Source: an uncultured Vicinamibacteraceae bacterium
Lineage (GTDB): Bacteria > Acidobacteriota > Vicinamibacteria > Vicinamibacterales > UBA8438
NCBI GenBank assembly: GCA_964624855.1
Contig: CAZUZW010000008.1
Location: forward strand, 8,993-72,992
DNA length: 64,000 nt
Reading direction: 5' to 3'
Position 1 is the first letter of the stretch. The number at the start of each line of letters is the position of its first letter. Below the pieces are notes generated by a model. It was not told where the DNA came from, searched no databases, and worked only from the letters and a program-made list of their open reading frames with translations. Below, piece after piece: positions 1 to 8,814 of the stretch. The position numbers were made by a program, and so were the translations under genes.

Positions 1-699
1 CTCCACGCCATCGACAATCTTGGTCCGAGCGATGAGGCCGAGATCATGCATCGATACGAGACCGCATGCATGTTCTGTGCATCCAGAGAAGGCCACTTTG
101 AATTTTCGTCCGAAGTCTTGGGTGTCAGGGTGACCGAGGAGAAAACGCATACAGGCAATCGCGTGTGGCGTGACGTCAAAGCTTTCGTCTCGACAAACAC
201 CGGCTAGAGGACAGGCGGTGACGTTTCGGACGGTGTTCCCGCAGGCTTCCCGTGTTGTGATATTGACAGACGCCAGTCGACGCATTAGGTCGGGCGTATC
301 GGCGATATGAACAAAATGTAGTTGGATGTCTTGTCGAGTCGTAACGTGGCAGACTTCGTCGCTGTATTCTTCTGCGCCGTCGGCCAGCACCTCCATCTGT
401 TCCGGAGTTAAATCCCCAAATGGGATCTTAATCCGCATCATTCCAGGGGCATCCCACACCGTGTCAGGCCCCTTCGTTAGTCCATTCGAAGGAAAGGCCA
501 ACTGCTTGGCCCCTGTTCCGTCGTTGCGCTGGCCATTGTCGTAGCGCTGTCCATAAACTCCTCGACGTAGACGAGTCTCTGCAAACACTTTTTCGTCAAT
601 CTTGCCTTGTCGCCGAAGCGTGATCTGGCTCTCGAATGTGTCAATCTCATCGCTTAACGTCTGCGACATTCTTGGTGAGAGTAGTTCCTTCCACGTCAT
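1..699 (-). CDS. sir: Siroheme-[4Fe-4S] sulfite/nitrite reductase hemoprotein, runs off the window edge
   Basis: Not in the ORF track; translated by hand: MTWKELLSPRMSQTLSDEIDTFE...RLRRGVYGQR...MMRIKIPFG...HVTTRQDIQLH...ACGNTVRNVTACPLAGVC...RKFKVAFSGCTEHACG. Carries the Cys ligand pairs of Sir/NirA. ATGA overlap with the cobA stop; lies in a cys operon. Confidence 0.9.
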   Translation of the reverse strand, partial: MTWKELLSPRMSQTLSDEIDTFESQITLRRQGKIDEKVFAETRLRRGVYGQRYDNGQRNDGTGAKQLAFPSNGLTKGPDTVWDAPGMMRIKIPFGDLTPEQMEVLADGAEEYSDEVCHVTTRQDIQLHFVHIADTPDLMRRLASVNITTREACGNTVRNVTACPLAGVCRDESFDVTPHAIACMRFLLGHPDTQDFGRKFKVAFSGCTEHACGLVSMHDLGLIARTKIVDGVE

Positions 700-1484
700 A
701 GAGCACCTGAGCCTTGCTGTTCGAGCGCCAAAGCTTCAGCGAGATACTGTGCAGCTCGATCGGTTTCAATCTCAGACCGAAGGCCGACGACGTCTCCGAC
801 CACGATGGTGCCAGGGCCGGACCCCTTGGGGTCGACAGGCGTCCGTCTAAGATCGTTCAGTGTTCCTGTCCAAGTATGCATTTGGGGTGTTCCAGCTTCA
901 ATAACGATTGCCGCCGGTGTCGTGTTACTCCAGCCACACCGAAGAAGTCGCTGAGCAATGGAGGACTGAGCGGCGAGACCCATCAACACCACCACAGTCA
1001 TACTGTGCGGGCTAAGGTCGTCGATGATGGGACCGAAGGCTTCCTCGGAGTGACCCGAAACCACCACGAATCCGGAAACGATGCCACGATGTGTAACTGG
1101 GATTCCAGCTAGGCCAGCTGCTGCCACTGCGGTAGTTATGCCGGGGATGACTTCGAATGAAACATTTGCCTTCTTTAGAGCCAAAGCTTCTTCGGCTCCC
1201 CTCCCGAAGACGAATGGATCACCGCTCTTCAGGCGGACGACCCGTTTGCCACGTTGCGCTCCCCGAATCATTAGACGATTGATAGTCGATTGGTCCACCG
1301 TTCGCTGACGGGCACGTTTTCCAACGCAGAAGCGTTGTGCCTGTCGAGCTAAAGCAATAACTGTGGTGTCGACTAAGCTGTCATATAGCAGTAAGTCGGC
1401 CGACTCCAGACGTCGGACGGCTTTGACCGTTAATAGTTCCGGGTCTCCGGGTCCTGCACCGATCACAGATACAAATCCAGGCAT
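696..1484 (-). CDS. cobA: Uroporphyrinogen-III C-methyltransferase
   Basis: GAGPGDPELLT, VVRLKSGDPFVFGRG, IPGITT, GIPVTHRG motifs. Confidence 0.95.
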   Translation of the reverse strand: MPGFVSVIGAGPGDPELLTVKAVRRLESADLLLYDSLVDTTVIALARQAQRFCVGKRARQRTVDQSTINRLMIRGAQRGKRVVRLKSGDPFVFGRGAEEALALKKANVSFEVIPGITTAVAAAGLAGIPVTHRGIVSGFVVVSGHSEEAFGPIIDDLSPHSMTVVVLMGLAAQSSIAQRLLRCGWSNTTPAAIVIEAGTPQMHTWTGTLNDLRRTPVDPKGSGPGTIVVGDVVGLRSEIETDRAAQYLAEALALEQQGSGAL

Positions 1485-1493
1485 TTATGCTCG

Positions 1494-2069
1494 CTAGTTA
1501 TCTAGATCGTAACTTTTTATTAACGCCTGTAGGAGTTGTGGTCGACGGTCGGACATCGGCACCTGGTTTTCCTTCCACTTTCTTCGCATTTCTTTGGCTT
1601 CGACAATCCATTTTTCTAAGTCACTTGCGGGTAGTAATGTGTCGAGTCCTTCGCGAATTAGACCAGCTAGGGCCGGAGCGTTGCCGTCAGTCGAGATTGC
1701 AATGGTAACTCCGGGTCGACGTGTAACACCGCCAAGGTAGGCGCTAGCGTTACTTGGGTCATCTACGGCGTTGACAAAGATGTGACGCTGTTCTGCTGCT
1801 GCCGCAACCGCGTGATTTACATCGGACGTTGCCGCAGCTACAACGAACCATGCTGCATCTAGGTCTGATGCTTGAAAACATCTTTGGCTAATTCTGACTG
1901 CCATCGATTTGATTACAGGATCTATTTCAGGCGCGACAACATGGACCTCGGCTCCAGCAGCAACCAGTGCGTGAAGTTTACTTGCCGCAACAGAACCGGC
2001 TCCCACAACGAGCACAGAGCGTCCGGCTAGTTTCAGAAATAACGGAAAAAGAGGTTTGTGGGTCGTCAT
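1494..2069 (-). CDS. Precorrin-2 dehydrogenase/sirohydrochlorin ferrochelatase (CysG N-terminal/SirC-like)
   Basis: FPLFLKLAGRSVLVVGAGSVA Rossmann fold, VNAVDDP, IAISTDG. Start moved to ATG 2069 to avoid overlap with cysH. Confidence 0.9.
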   Translation of the reverse strand: MTTHKPLFPLFLKLAGRSVLVVGAGSVAASKLHALVAAGAEVHVVAPEIDPVIKSMAVRISQRCFQASDLDAAWFVVAAATSDVNHAVAAAAEQRHIFVNAVDDPSNASAYLGGVTRRPGVTIAISTDGNAPALAGLIREGLDTLLPASDLEKWIVEAKEMRRKWKENQVPMSDRRPQLLQALIKSYDLDN

Positions 2070-2086
2070 TACAACCCTTGGTCTAG

Positions 2087-2860
2087 CTAGGAGTCCTCGT
2101 GCATTGATTGTGGAGTCTCGATAGCAGAACCATGAAGGCCACATTCGGTCTTGGCTGTGCCACGCCAGCGACCTGATCTGTCGTCTTCTCCCACTGCCAC
2201 CGCCGTTGTGCACGGCATACAGCCGATACTTGGATATCCATCGTCGTGAAGCTTATTGTAAGGCACATCGTATTGATTGAGATGGTCCCATACGTGCTGT
2301 TTAGTCCATCTAACCAACGGGTTGACTTTGGCCATTTCAAATTTCTTGTCCCATTCAACGACACGGGCATTAGCTCGCTCGGATGTTTGGTCTCGTCTAA
2401 TTGCCGTTATCCATGCGTCGGCCTTAGACAATTCTGCCCTTAAAGGAATTACCTTCCGTAGCTTGCAACATTGGTCTGGAATACGTTCCCAGAGCTTATC
2501 GCCGTGTTCAGCGCTCTGTTTATCGATCGATTGGAGTGGACGAACTGCTCGAATTGTCAGGCTGTATTTGTCTTCAAGTTGTTGCCAAAGAGTTTGTGTT
2601 TCAGGAAACAAAAGACCGGTATCGAGTGTGAAGATATCGACTGGGAGGTCATGTCGCCCAATCAAATCGATCAATACGCAACCTTCCGGACCGAACCCGG
2701 TGGCAAATGTTAAGCCGTCACCGTAGCTCTCGACTGCCCAAGTTAACGTCTCTAGAGGTGATGCGTGCTCTAGTGTTGCGGCAAACGACTGAAAGTCATC
2801 GGTCGCGACCTTGGGTTCAACGAGCCTATTCGAATGACCAACAGGGTCTGAGTGGTTCAT
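2087..2860 (-). CDS. cysH: APS/PAPS reductase of the Fe-S (APS-reducing) type
   Basis: LDTG, CCKLRKV, YPSIGCMPCT, RSGRW and terminal ECGLH motifs. CC plus CxxC indicate a [4Fe-4S] APS reductase. Confidence 0.95.
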   Translation of the reverse strand: MNHSDPVGHSNRLVEPKVATDDFQSFAATLEHASPLETLTWAVESYGDGLTFATGFGPEGCVLIDLIGRHDLPVDIFTLDTGLLFPETQTLWQQLEDKYSLTIRAVRPLQSIDKQSAEHGDKLWERIPDQCCKLRKVIPLRAELSKADAWITAIRRDQTSERANARVVEWDKKFEMAKVNPLVRWTKQHVWDHLNQYDVPYNKLHDDGYPSIGCMPCTTAVAVGEDDRSGRWRGTAKTECGLHGSAIETPQSMHEDS

Positions 2861-3105
2861 GGCTCTATTTTTTCCAGTTTGGACAAGTCTGGCGCGACTA
2901 CTTGCCGTCCGAATCCAAGTTTGTTCCAGATACGCTCATGGGCAAAGTAGAGCGCCCCTTTTGCCAAAGCTTCCAAAATACCGACCGTAACGGCTAGGTC
3001 GAACCGGCCTGTAAATACGAACACCAAAAGCGTGGTGGTTAGTGTAGCGATGCATCGCCACGATAGTGCTTTTACAACAGAGCGTGTTAATGATTCCTTG
3101 AACAT
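2857..3105 (-). CDS. DUF2061-like small membrane protein
   Basis: RSVVKALSWR...YFAHERIW pattern; GAGGAGG RBS upstream of ATG 3105; 4-nt overlap with cysH. Confidence 0.8.
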   Translation of the reverse strand: MFKESLTRSVVKALSWRCIATLTTTLLVFVFTGRFDLAVTVGILEALAKGALYFAHERIWNKLGFGRQVVAPDLSKLEKIEP

Positions 3106-3181
3106 GCCTAAGGAGCCTCCTCTTCTATACGCCACCCGCCAAAAATTCCTATCATCGAATCGTTTCCTTGTTTTCTGACAC

Positions 3182-3218
3182 AAAAAAAGGCCCGGGAAGC
3201 TTGTGCCTCCCGGGCCTT
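3182..3218 (-). terminator. Intrinsic terminator (attenuator) in the leader of the DUF2061-cysH-sir operon
   Basis: Minus strand reads AAGGCCCGGGAGGC-ACAA-GCTTCCCGGGCCTTTTTTT, a GC stem with U-tract, 76 nt before the first gene. Confidence 0.85.
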
Positions 3219-3251
3219 CGGTATCGTGCGTCCTTAGAATTTACGCTGAAT

Positions 3252-3350
3252 CTAGTGATGAATAGGCGTCAAAGTCACACGTCCGTTGGCACGGGGGCCC
3301 TTTTGGGCCTCCATACAACCGCAACAAGTGATTGAGACACGCCTGAACAT
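3252..3350 (-). CDS. Putative Cys-rich leader peptide MFRRVSITCCGCMEAQKGPRANGRVTLTPIHH
   Basis: Hand translation. CCGC cluster; homologous to the ORF at 4395-4487; lies between promoter and terminator. Confidence 0.7.
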   Translation of the reverse strand: MFRRVSITCCGCMEAQKGPRANGRVTLTPIHH

Positions 3351-3358
3351 GAGCGATC

Positions 3359-3388
3359 ATTGTGACTGTTGGCGGTCTTTGACGTCAA
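3359..3388 (-). promoter_or_regulatory. Sigma70-like promoter TTGACG-N18-CACAAT
   Basis: Same spacing as the copy at 4357-4386; leader ATG 8 nt after the -10. Confidence 0.6.
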
Positions 3389-3491
3389 GCAGACCAGGCA
3401 GAAAAGGCTTTATCTGTTTTCAACACACTCGGTTTAGTTCCACCGGTGATGCGATGCGATTAAACGCATTTAAACGTTTACACTGTCAGTT

Positions 3492-4292
3492 GTGGAGTCC
3501 AACGAAATATCGCTAGAAGCGGTGAAGGACGTTGCAGTACGCGCGGGTGCAGCAGTGCTGCAGGTTTACGGTCGCCAGCCGGCTTGGGTCCGCCGGAAGG
3601 AAGATGGGTCACCTGTGACCGAAGCAGATATAGCCGCGGAAAAGGTGATCCGAGCCGGCTTGGATGCTGTAGACCCGTCAATCCCATATTTATCGGAAGA
3701 GTCGACACTATCGAGTTATGTATCACGAAGAGAGTGGCAACGCTTCTGGTTAGTGGACCCGCTCGATGGGACGAAGGAGTTCATCAAGGGGACAGATGAA
3801 TTTACAGTCAATATCGCGTTGATCGAAAATGGTCAACCGGTCCTCGGCGTGATCGTAGCGCCAGCAGTTGGCTCGATTTACTACGCATCCAAGTACGAAG
3901 GCGCTTGGAAGAACCACACCAGAGCTGAGCCGACACGACTGTCTTCTCAACTTGCCGATGTTGATAGACCACTGCGTGTTGTTGAGAGTGTGTCCCACCC
4001 GAGTCCGGAGCTTGAACACTTCTTGGAAGGCTTTGAGGTTTCGGACAGGTTGAAGATCGGCAGTTCTCTCAAGTTTTGTCTCTTGGCTGAGGGAGTCGCT
4101 GATGTGTATCCTCGGCTGGGTCCCACGATGGAGTGGGATGTCGCTGCAGGTGACTGCATCTATCGCTATTCTGGTCCGAACGGTTCCCCGCATCCGAGTC
4201 CACTGAGTTATAACAAAGAGTCTCTCTGTAACGACTGGTTCGTGCTCGGATTGATGCCAGGTAGCTACAGCTTGCCTCGTTCTGTTGTGTGA
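3492..4292 (+). CDS. cysQ: 3'(2'),5'-bisphosphate nucleotidase
   Basis: SPVTEAD, LSEE, FWLVDPLDGTKEF, GSSLKFC, TMEWDVAAG motifs; cys context. Confidence 0.95.
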   Translation: MESNEISLEAVKDVAVRAGAAVLQVYGRQPAWVRRKEDGSPVTEADIAAEKVIRAGLDAVDPSIPYLSEESTLSSYVSRREWQRFWLVDPLDGTKEFIKGTDEFTVNIALIENGQPVLGVIVAPAVGSIYYASKYEGAWKNHTRAEPTRLSSQLADVDRPLRVVESVSHPSPELEHFLEGFEVSDRLKIGSSLKFCLLAEGVADVYPRLGPTMEWDVAAGDCIYRYSGPNGSPHPSPLSYNKESLCNDWFVLGLMPGSYSLPRSVV

Positions 4293-4356
4293 CGTCCTGA
4301 ACAATAGCTGCAGCAAAGCATTAATTAGACCGAAACCCGCTTTCTCTCTTGCCGGC

Positions 4357-4386
4357 TTGACGCCTAATGCTGGGAGCGGTCAAAAT
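4357..4386 (+). promoter_or_regulatory. Sigma70-like promoter TTGACG-N18-CAAAAT
   Basis: Mirrors 3359-3388; leader ATG 8 nt after the -10. Confidence 0.6.
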
Positions 4387-4394
4387 GTCTGCTC

Positions 4395-4487
4395 ATGTTC
4401 ACGCGTCGCTCAGGCACTTGTTGCAGTTGTATGGAGGTCCAACAGGGCCCCCGCGTCGACGGATGTGTGACTTTGACGTCTAATTAG
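4395..4487 (+). CDS. Putative Cys-rich leader peptide MFTRRSGTCCSCMEVQQGPRVDGCVTLTSN
   Basis: Hand translation. CCSC at codons 9-12, the same position as in the paralogous leader. Confidence 0.7.
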   Translation: MFTRRSGTCCSCMEVQQGPRVDGCVTLTSN

Positions 4488-4521
4488 ACTCAGCGTAAAT
4501 TTAAGACCGCACGATACCGCC

Positions 4522-4554
4522 GGCCCGGAGGCAAACGCTTCTCGGGCCTTTTTT
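4522..4554 (+). terminator. Intrinsic terminator (attenuator) upstream of sat-cysC
   Basis: GGCCCGGAGGC-AAAC-GCTTCTCGGGCC-TTTTTT, 49 nt before the sat start. Confidence 0.85.
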
Positions 4555-4603
4555 GTGTCATTACAATCAAGAGTTTTGTATGAACGGTTAGGAGAATAGT
4601 GTT

Positions 4604-6328
4604 TTGGCTGATCATTTGATTGCACCTCATGGGGGAGAACTGGTTAACCTCCTTACAGATATCGACCGGGCCGCAAGTCTGAAGACTGAATCGCGGGACT
4701 GGCCATCATTGGACTTGAATGCGCGGCAACTTTGTGACCTTGAACTGTTGTTGAGCGGTGCGTTTTCTCCACTTCAAGGATTTCTAACTAAGGCGGACTA
4801 CGAGCGGGTCTGCGGCGAAATGCGGCTGGCGGACGGTACGTTGTGGCCGATTCCGATCATGCTTGATGTATCGGAAGAACTGGCTGAAAAACTCAGTGCT
4901 GGTTCTAACATCGCTCTCCGTGACGCCGAGGGTGTCATGATTGCAGCGTTGAATGTCGAGGACGTCTGGCAACCCGACCGCGAGGAGGAAGCGAACGCGG
5001 TCTTCGGAACTACTAACCGTGAGCATCCCGGTGTGGCACAGTTGCTAGACCGAACGAATCCTTACTATGTTGGAGGCACGATTACCGGTCTCAGTGCAGT
5101 TGGCCACTACGATTACAAGCTTCTACGACATACACCAGCGGAGCTCCGATCCGAATTTGCCAAGTTGGGATGGACGAAGGTGGTGGCCTTTCAGACCCGT
5201 AACCCGATGCACCGTGCACATCAGGAACTGACACTTCGGGCCGCGAAGGAAATCGAAGCGAACTTGCTGATTCATCCGGTTGTCGGGATGACTAAGCCTG
5301 GAGATGTGGACCATTACACACGTGTAAGGTGTTATCAGGCCTTACTTCACCGATATCCGCGGAAAACGGCCATGTTGTCGCTTTTGCCACTAGCGATGCG
5401 GATGGCTGGACCGCGAGAGGCGGTTTGGCATGCCATTATTCGTAAGAATCACGGGTGTACACATCTCATTGTCGGCCGTGACCATGCGGGGCCAGGAAAC
5501 GATTCAAGTGGCCAGGCATTTTACGGTCCCTATGATGCGCAGGAACTACTCCAGCAACACGAAGCTGAATTGGGTGTCGCGATGGTGCCGTTTAAGTTGA
5601 TGGTCTACGTTCAAGATCAAGACACGTATGCTCCGATCGACGAAATCAAGGAAGGCACGCGAACATTGAACATCTCTGGCACAGAGTTACGAAATCGCTT
5701 GGCGATGGGCAAAGAAATTCCTGAGTGGTTTACGTTCGCTGATGTCGCTACTGAGCTTCGCCGCAGCCATCCACCTCGCCACCAGCAAGGATTCACAGTG
5801 TTCTTCACTGGGTTGTCAGGTTCAGGGAAATCGACGATTGCCAATGTGCTTCTAGTGAAATTTCTTGAAATGGGCGGTCGCCCGGTAACTCTATTGGACG
5901 GTGATTTGGTGCGGAAGCATCTGTCGTCAGAACTTGGTTTTTCAAAGGAACATCGTGACATCAACATTAAGCGGATTGGATATGTTGCTTCGGAGGTAAC
6001 GAAGAACGGTGGTGTCGCGATTTGCGCGCCGATCGCTCCTTACGACTCGGTGAGAAAAGATGTCCGTTCGATGATTCAACCGGTCGGTGGCTTTCTGTTG
6101 GTCCATGTTGCTACCCCGATTGAAGTATGTGAGCAACGCGACCGTAAGGGGCTCTACGCAAAGGCCCGCGCCGGAATTATCAAGGAATTTACGGGAATCT
6201 CTGACCCCTACGAAGAACCGGTCGATGCCAATATTGTCATTGACACGACAAAACTAACGGCCGAAGAAGCGGCGCAGCAAATTCTTTTGCACTGTGAGAA
6301 AGAAGGTTACGTCGCAGGCGACGTTTGA
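4604..6328 (+). CDS. sat: Bifunctional ATP sulfurylase (Sat type)/APS kinase (CysC)
   Basis: GAFSPL, AFQTRNPMHRAH, IVGRDHAG, ISGT in the Sat domain; GLSGSGKST, LDGD, RDRKGLY, FTGISDPYE in the CysC domain; AGGAG RBS. Confidence 0.96.
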   Translation: MADHLIAPHGGELVNLLTDIDRAASLKTESRDWPSLDLNARQLCDLELLLSGAFSPLQGFLTKADYERVCGEMRLADGTLWPIPIMLDVSEELAEKLSAGSNIALRDAEGVMIAALNVEDVWQPDREEEANAVFGTTNREHPGVAQLLDRTNPYYVGGTITGLSAVGHYDYKLLRHTPAELRSEFAKLGWTKVVAFQTRNPMHRAHQELTLRAAKEIEANLLIHPVVGMTKPGDVDHYTRVRCYQALLHRYPRKTAMLSLLPLAMRMAGPREAVWHAIIRKNHGCTHLIVGRDHAGPGNDSSGQAFYGPYDAQELLQQHEAELGVAMVPFKLMVYVQDQDTYAPIDEIKEGTRTLNISGTELRNRLAMGKEIPEWFTFADVATELRRSHPPRHQQGFTVFFTGLSGSGKSTIANVLLVKFLEMGGRPVTLLDGDLVRKHLSSELGFSKEHRDINIKRIGYVASEVTKNGGVAICAPIAPYDSVRKDVRSMIQPVGGFLLVHVATPIEVCEQRDRKGLYAKARAGIIKEFTGISDPYEEPVDANIVIDTTKLTAEEAAQQILLHCEKEGYVAGDV

Positions 6329-6335
6329 TTGTCTC

Positions 6336-6947
6336 TCATCCGCTGAGCGCCTTTTCGATAAGCGAGTTTAAGTGAGAGTCTAGTTTTAATTCGGCCGCTG
6401 CCGAATGACCTGCACTAGACATTTTTCGCCAAGTCTTTCGAAGAATGTCGATGAGTTTTGTCTCATTGTGGCTGGTTGCAAACTCGGCGAGATAATGTTC
6501 AAGAAAGACAAGACATGCAACGTCTTCAAGTGTTTGTACTTCGGCATCGCTCTTGAGGTTTTCTTTCCGTAGAAGCCTGCCAACTTGTTGAATGATGGTT
6601 TCGTCGTAGTCAAGTTGTCGAAGGATCTCGCCTGCCTTGTTGGCATGAAAAGTGGCGAGATGTTTTCTCCATTCGCGGTAGCCCGTTCGGCCAACCGGAA
6701 AGTGTGACCGGGGGATAGTCCAGCGCCGAATATGCTGGCATCTCACGGCAAGTTTCAGAGTTTCTGAAGCATCTGGTGCAAATTGTTTAAGACGGGCGGT
6801 CATTCTCGTTGCATAGACCAACTCCTTTGCTTGAGATGTCCCGCCCACGAGTATTCGGTTTGGATCTTCAGCGTTAGCACGGTCGAAATGGTCGAACGCT
6901 TTGTCCAAGCGTGATCGATAATCGGTGTCATCGGTTTTCGTGTTCAT
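6336..6947 (-). CDS. DUF4202 family protein
   Basis: DRANAEDPN, KELVY, QHIRRW.IPR, QTLEDVACLVF, KTWRKMS motifs. Confidence 0.8.
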   Translation of the reverse strand: MNTKTDDTDYRSRLDKAFDHFDRANAEDPNRILVGGTSQAKELVYATRMTARLKQFAPDASETLKLAVRCQHIRRWTIPRSHFPVGRTGYREWRKHLATFHANKAGEILRQLDYDETIIQQVGRLLRKENLKSDAEVQTLEDVACLVFLEHYLAEFATSHNETKLIDILRKTWRKMSSAGHSAAAELKLDSHLNSLIEKALSG

Positions 6948-7876
6948 GGAACTTGTTGTCCCGATTTGTTTCGCCAGATTGCCGCAGCGATGCTCCCCAG
7001 CAGTGAATGAAACACGGCAGAGATGGCACAGGGAATAGCCACCAAGGGACTTGCGAAGTTCTGTTGAGCTAGTACGACGCCGAGTCCGGAATTCTGCATA
7101 CCCACTTCAATCGAAACCGTCCGTGCAGTGCGTTCCTCACTCAACAAAGTTCGACCGGCCAGATACCCAAACAAGAATCCACCAACGTGCAAACAAAAGA
7201 CCGCTGCCACGAGTCGGGGGCCAGCTTCGAGGACTTGGGTTCGACCTGCACCAATCACTGACGCTACAATCAACGTAATAGCGACCACGGCAACCAAAGG
7301 AGCGAAGGGTAGAACCCTTGCACTTGCCGTTGGCAACTTCGCTTTCAGCAGGACACCCGCCACGACGGGCATCACGACGACTTGCACTGTATCTAGAAGC
7401 AATCCCGTAGCCGGTACGTCGACACGGCTTCCGGCAAGGGTTTCAGTCAATAGAGGTGTCATTAGAGCGGCGATTAATGTGGATATGGCGGTCATGGAGA
7501 CTGACAACGCAACGTCGGCGCGAGCGAGGAAGCAAATCACATTTGACGCGGTGCCCCCAGGACAGCAGGACACTAGAATTAGACCAACGGCAAACGGTGT
7601 AGGAAGGTTAAATAGAGTAGCTAATGTCCATCCGAGTGCTGGCATCAGCGTGTATTGGAGAACGACTCCAGGGATTACGCTTGTCCGTTGTCGGCCAATT
7701 CGCCGAAAGTCCTCAAATCCGATCGTCATACCCATGCTAAGCATGATGATGCCGAGTCCGACCGGGATGAGTGGTCCACTGAACCAAGTGAACAAACTGG
7801 GTTCTAGAAGTGCCAGACAACTGGCCAAGAGCACCCAAACCGGAAAAGCGTTCGTAAGTGTGGTAACGAGTTTCAA
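6944..7876 (-). CDS. Bile acid:sodium symporter (BASS) family transporter
   Basis: CCPGGTASN and SIEVGMQNSGLG motifs; multiple TM helices. Confidence 0.92.
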   Translation of the reverse strand: MKLVTTLTNAFPVWVLLASCLALLEPSLFTWFSGPLIPVGLGIIMLSMGMTIGFEDFRRIGRQRTSVIPGVVLQYTLMPALGWTLATLFNLPTPFAVGLILVSCCPGGTASNVICFLARADVALSVSMTAISTLIAALMTPLLTETLAGSRVDVPATGLLLDTVQVVVMPVVAGVLLKAKLPTASARVLPFAPLVAVVAITLIVASVIGAGRTQVLEAGPRLVAAVFCLHVGGFLFGYLAGRTLLSEERTARTVSIEVGMQNSGLGVVLAQQNFASPLVAIPCAISAVFHSLLGSIAAAIWRNKSGQQVP

Positions 7877-7904
7877 CTGAGAGATTGTATACGGAGGGTG
7901 ATGA

Positions 7905-8717
7905 ATGACTTTTCAATCCGATTCACTTAGTGGCAAGACGGCGCTCATCACGGGTGGTGGGACAGGAATTTGTCGCGGCCTTGCGCTGGCTTTGGCGGCA
8001 CATGGATGCGACGTAGCGATTACAAGTCGAAAAGCCGAGAACCTTGAGTCGACAATGAAAGAGATTCAGAGTTTGGGCCGGCGGTCAGTTGCAGTTCCGG
8101 CCGACGTACGTGATCCCGCAGCAGTCGAGGCGGCTGTTGAGGAGACCGCAACTACGCGGGGTGGCATCGACGTTCTTGTGAACGGGGCCGCAGGAAATTT
8201 TCTGTGCCTAGCGGAAGATCTGTCGCCCAATGGGTTTGGTGCGGTCGTCGATATCGATCTCAAGGGGACATTTCATATGTCGAAGGCAGCCCTTCCGCAT
8301 CTGAAGAAGCGTGGTGGGGTAGTCCTTAATATCAGCGCGACGTTGCACTACTACGGCACGGTTGCCCAGTTGCATGTATCGTCGGCGAAGGCTGGTGTTG
8401 ACGCACTTACGCGGGTGCTGGCGGTGGAATGGGGTCAGTATGGGATTCGGGTTAACGGCATTGCTCCCGGCCCTGTGGCTGATACCGAGGGAGTGAAGCG
8501 CCTGTTAGTTGGTGAAACTAAGGAACGGGTAAGTAAGGCGACCCCCCTCGGTCGTTTGGGCGCCATTGACGACGTTAGTAACGCGGCGCTGTTTTTGTGT
8601 TCGGAGGCTGCTGCATTTATTACGGGCGTTACATTGGTCGTAGATGGGGGACTGTGGTTGACATCAAATCGAATGGCGGAAGCATGGACTGAAAGTGTCA
8701 CGGGTCTGAAAAGTTAG
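7905..8717 (+). CDS. SDR oxidoreductase, 2,4-dienoyl-CoA reductase-like
   Basis: TGGGTGI, NGAAGNF, HVSSAKAGV (no catalytic Tyr, as in DECR2), IAPGP, VDGG. Confidence 0.85.
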   Translation: MTFQSDSLSGKTALITGGGTGICRGLALALAAHGCDVAITSRKAENLESTMKEIQSLGRRSVAVPADVRDPAAVEAAVEETATTRGGIDVLVNGAAGNFLCLAEDLSPNGFGAVVDIDLKGTFHMSKAALPHLKKRGGVVLNISATLHYYGTVAQLHVSSAKAGVDALTRVLAVEWGQYGIRVNGIAPGPVADTEGVKRLLVGETKERVSKATPLGRLGAIDDVSNAALFLCSEAAAFITGVTLVVDGGLWLTSNRMAEAWTESVTGLKS

Positions 8718-8814
8718 CCTAACTAATTTGATGCTCTCAAACGGTCGACGAGCTGTTTAAGTCTTCGTAGACGAGCCGAATTGAGAGTGTAATCCAGCTG
8801 TCTGAATCCGACTG

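Noticed and set aside
3241-3360. Alternative leader frame MIAHVQACLNHLLRLYGGPKGPP... and its counterpart at 4385-4483 (MSAHVHASLRHLLQLYGGPTGPP...)
   Set aside because: In both copies this ATG overlaps the predicted -10 hexamer, so it would lie upstream of the TSS. The other frame has the conserved CCxC. Not fully excluded without TSS data.
3461-3480. TAAACG direct repeat and TAAACGTTTA palindrome upstream of cysQ
   Set aside because: Single short instance overlapping the probable -10; cannot be supported as an operator.
4385-4554. SAM-I riboswitch or T-box as the explanation for the cys leaders
   Set aside because: I could not find the SAM-I core (AUC..GAG, GCAACC, GUGC) or the T-box GGUGGNACC consensus by eye; an Rfam scan is still advisable.
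7128-7880. 250-aa plus-strand ORF, and similar long antisense ORFs (e.g. 3750-4316, 11670-12233, 14571-15095)
   Set aside because: Shadow frames of well-supported genes, with no recognisable motifs.
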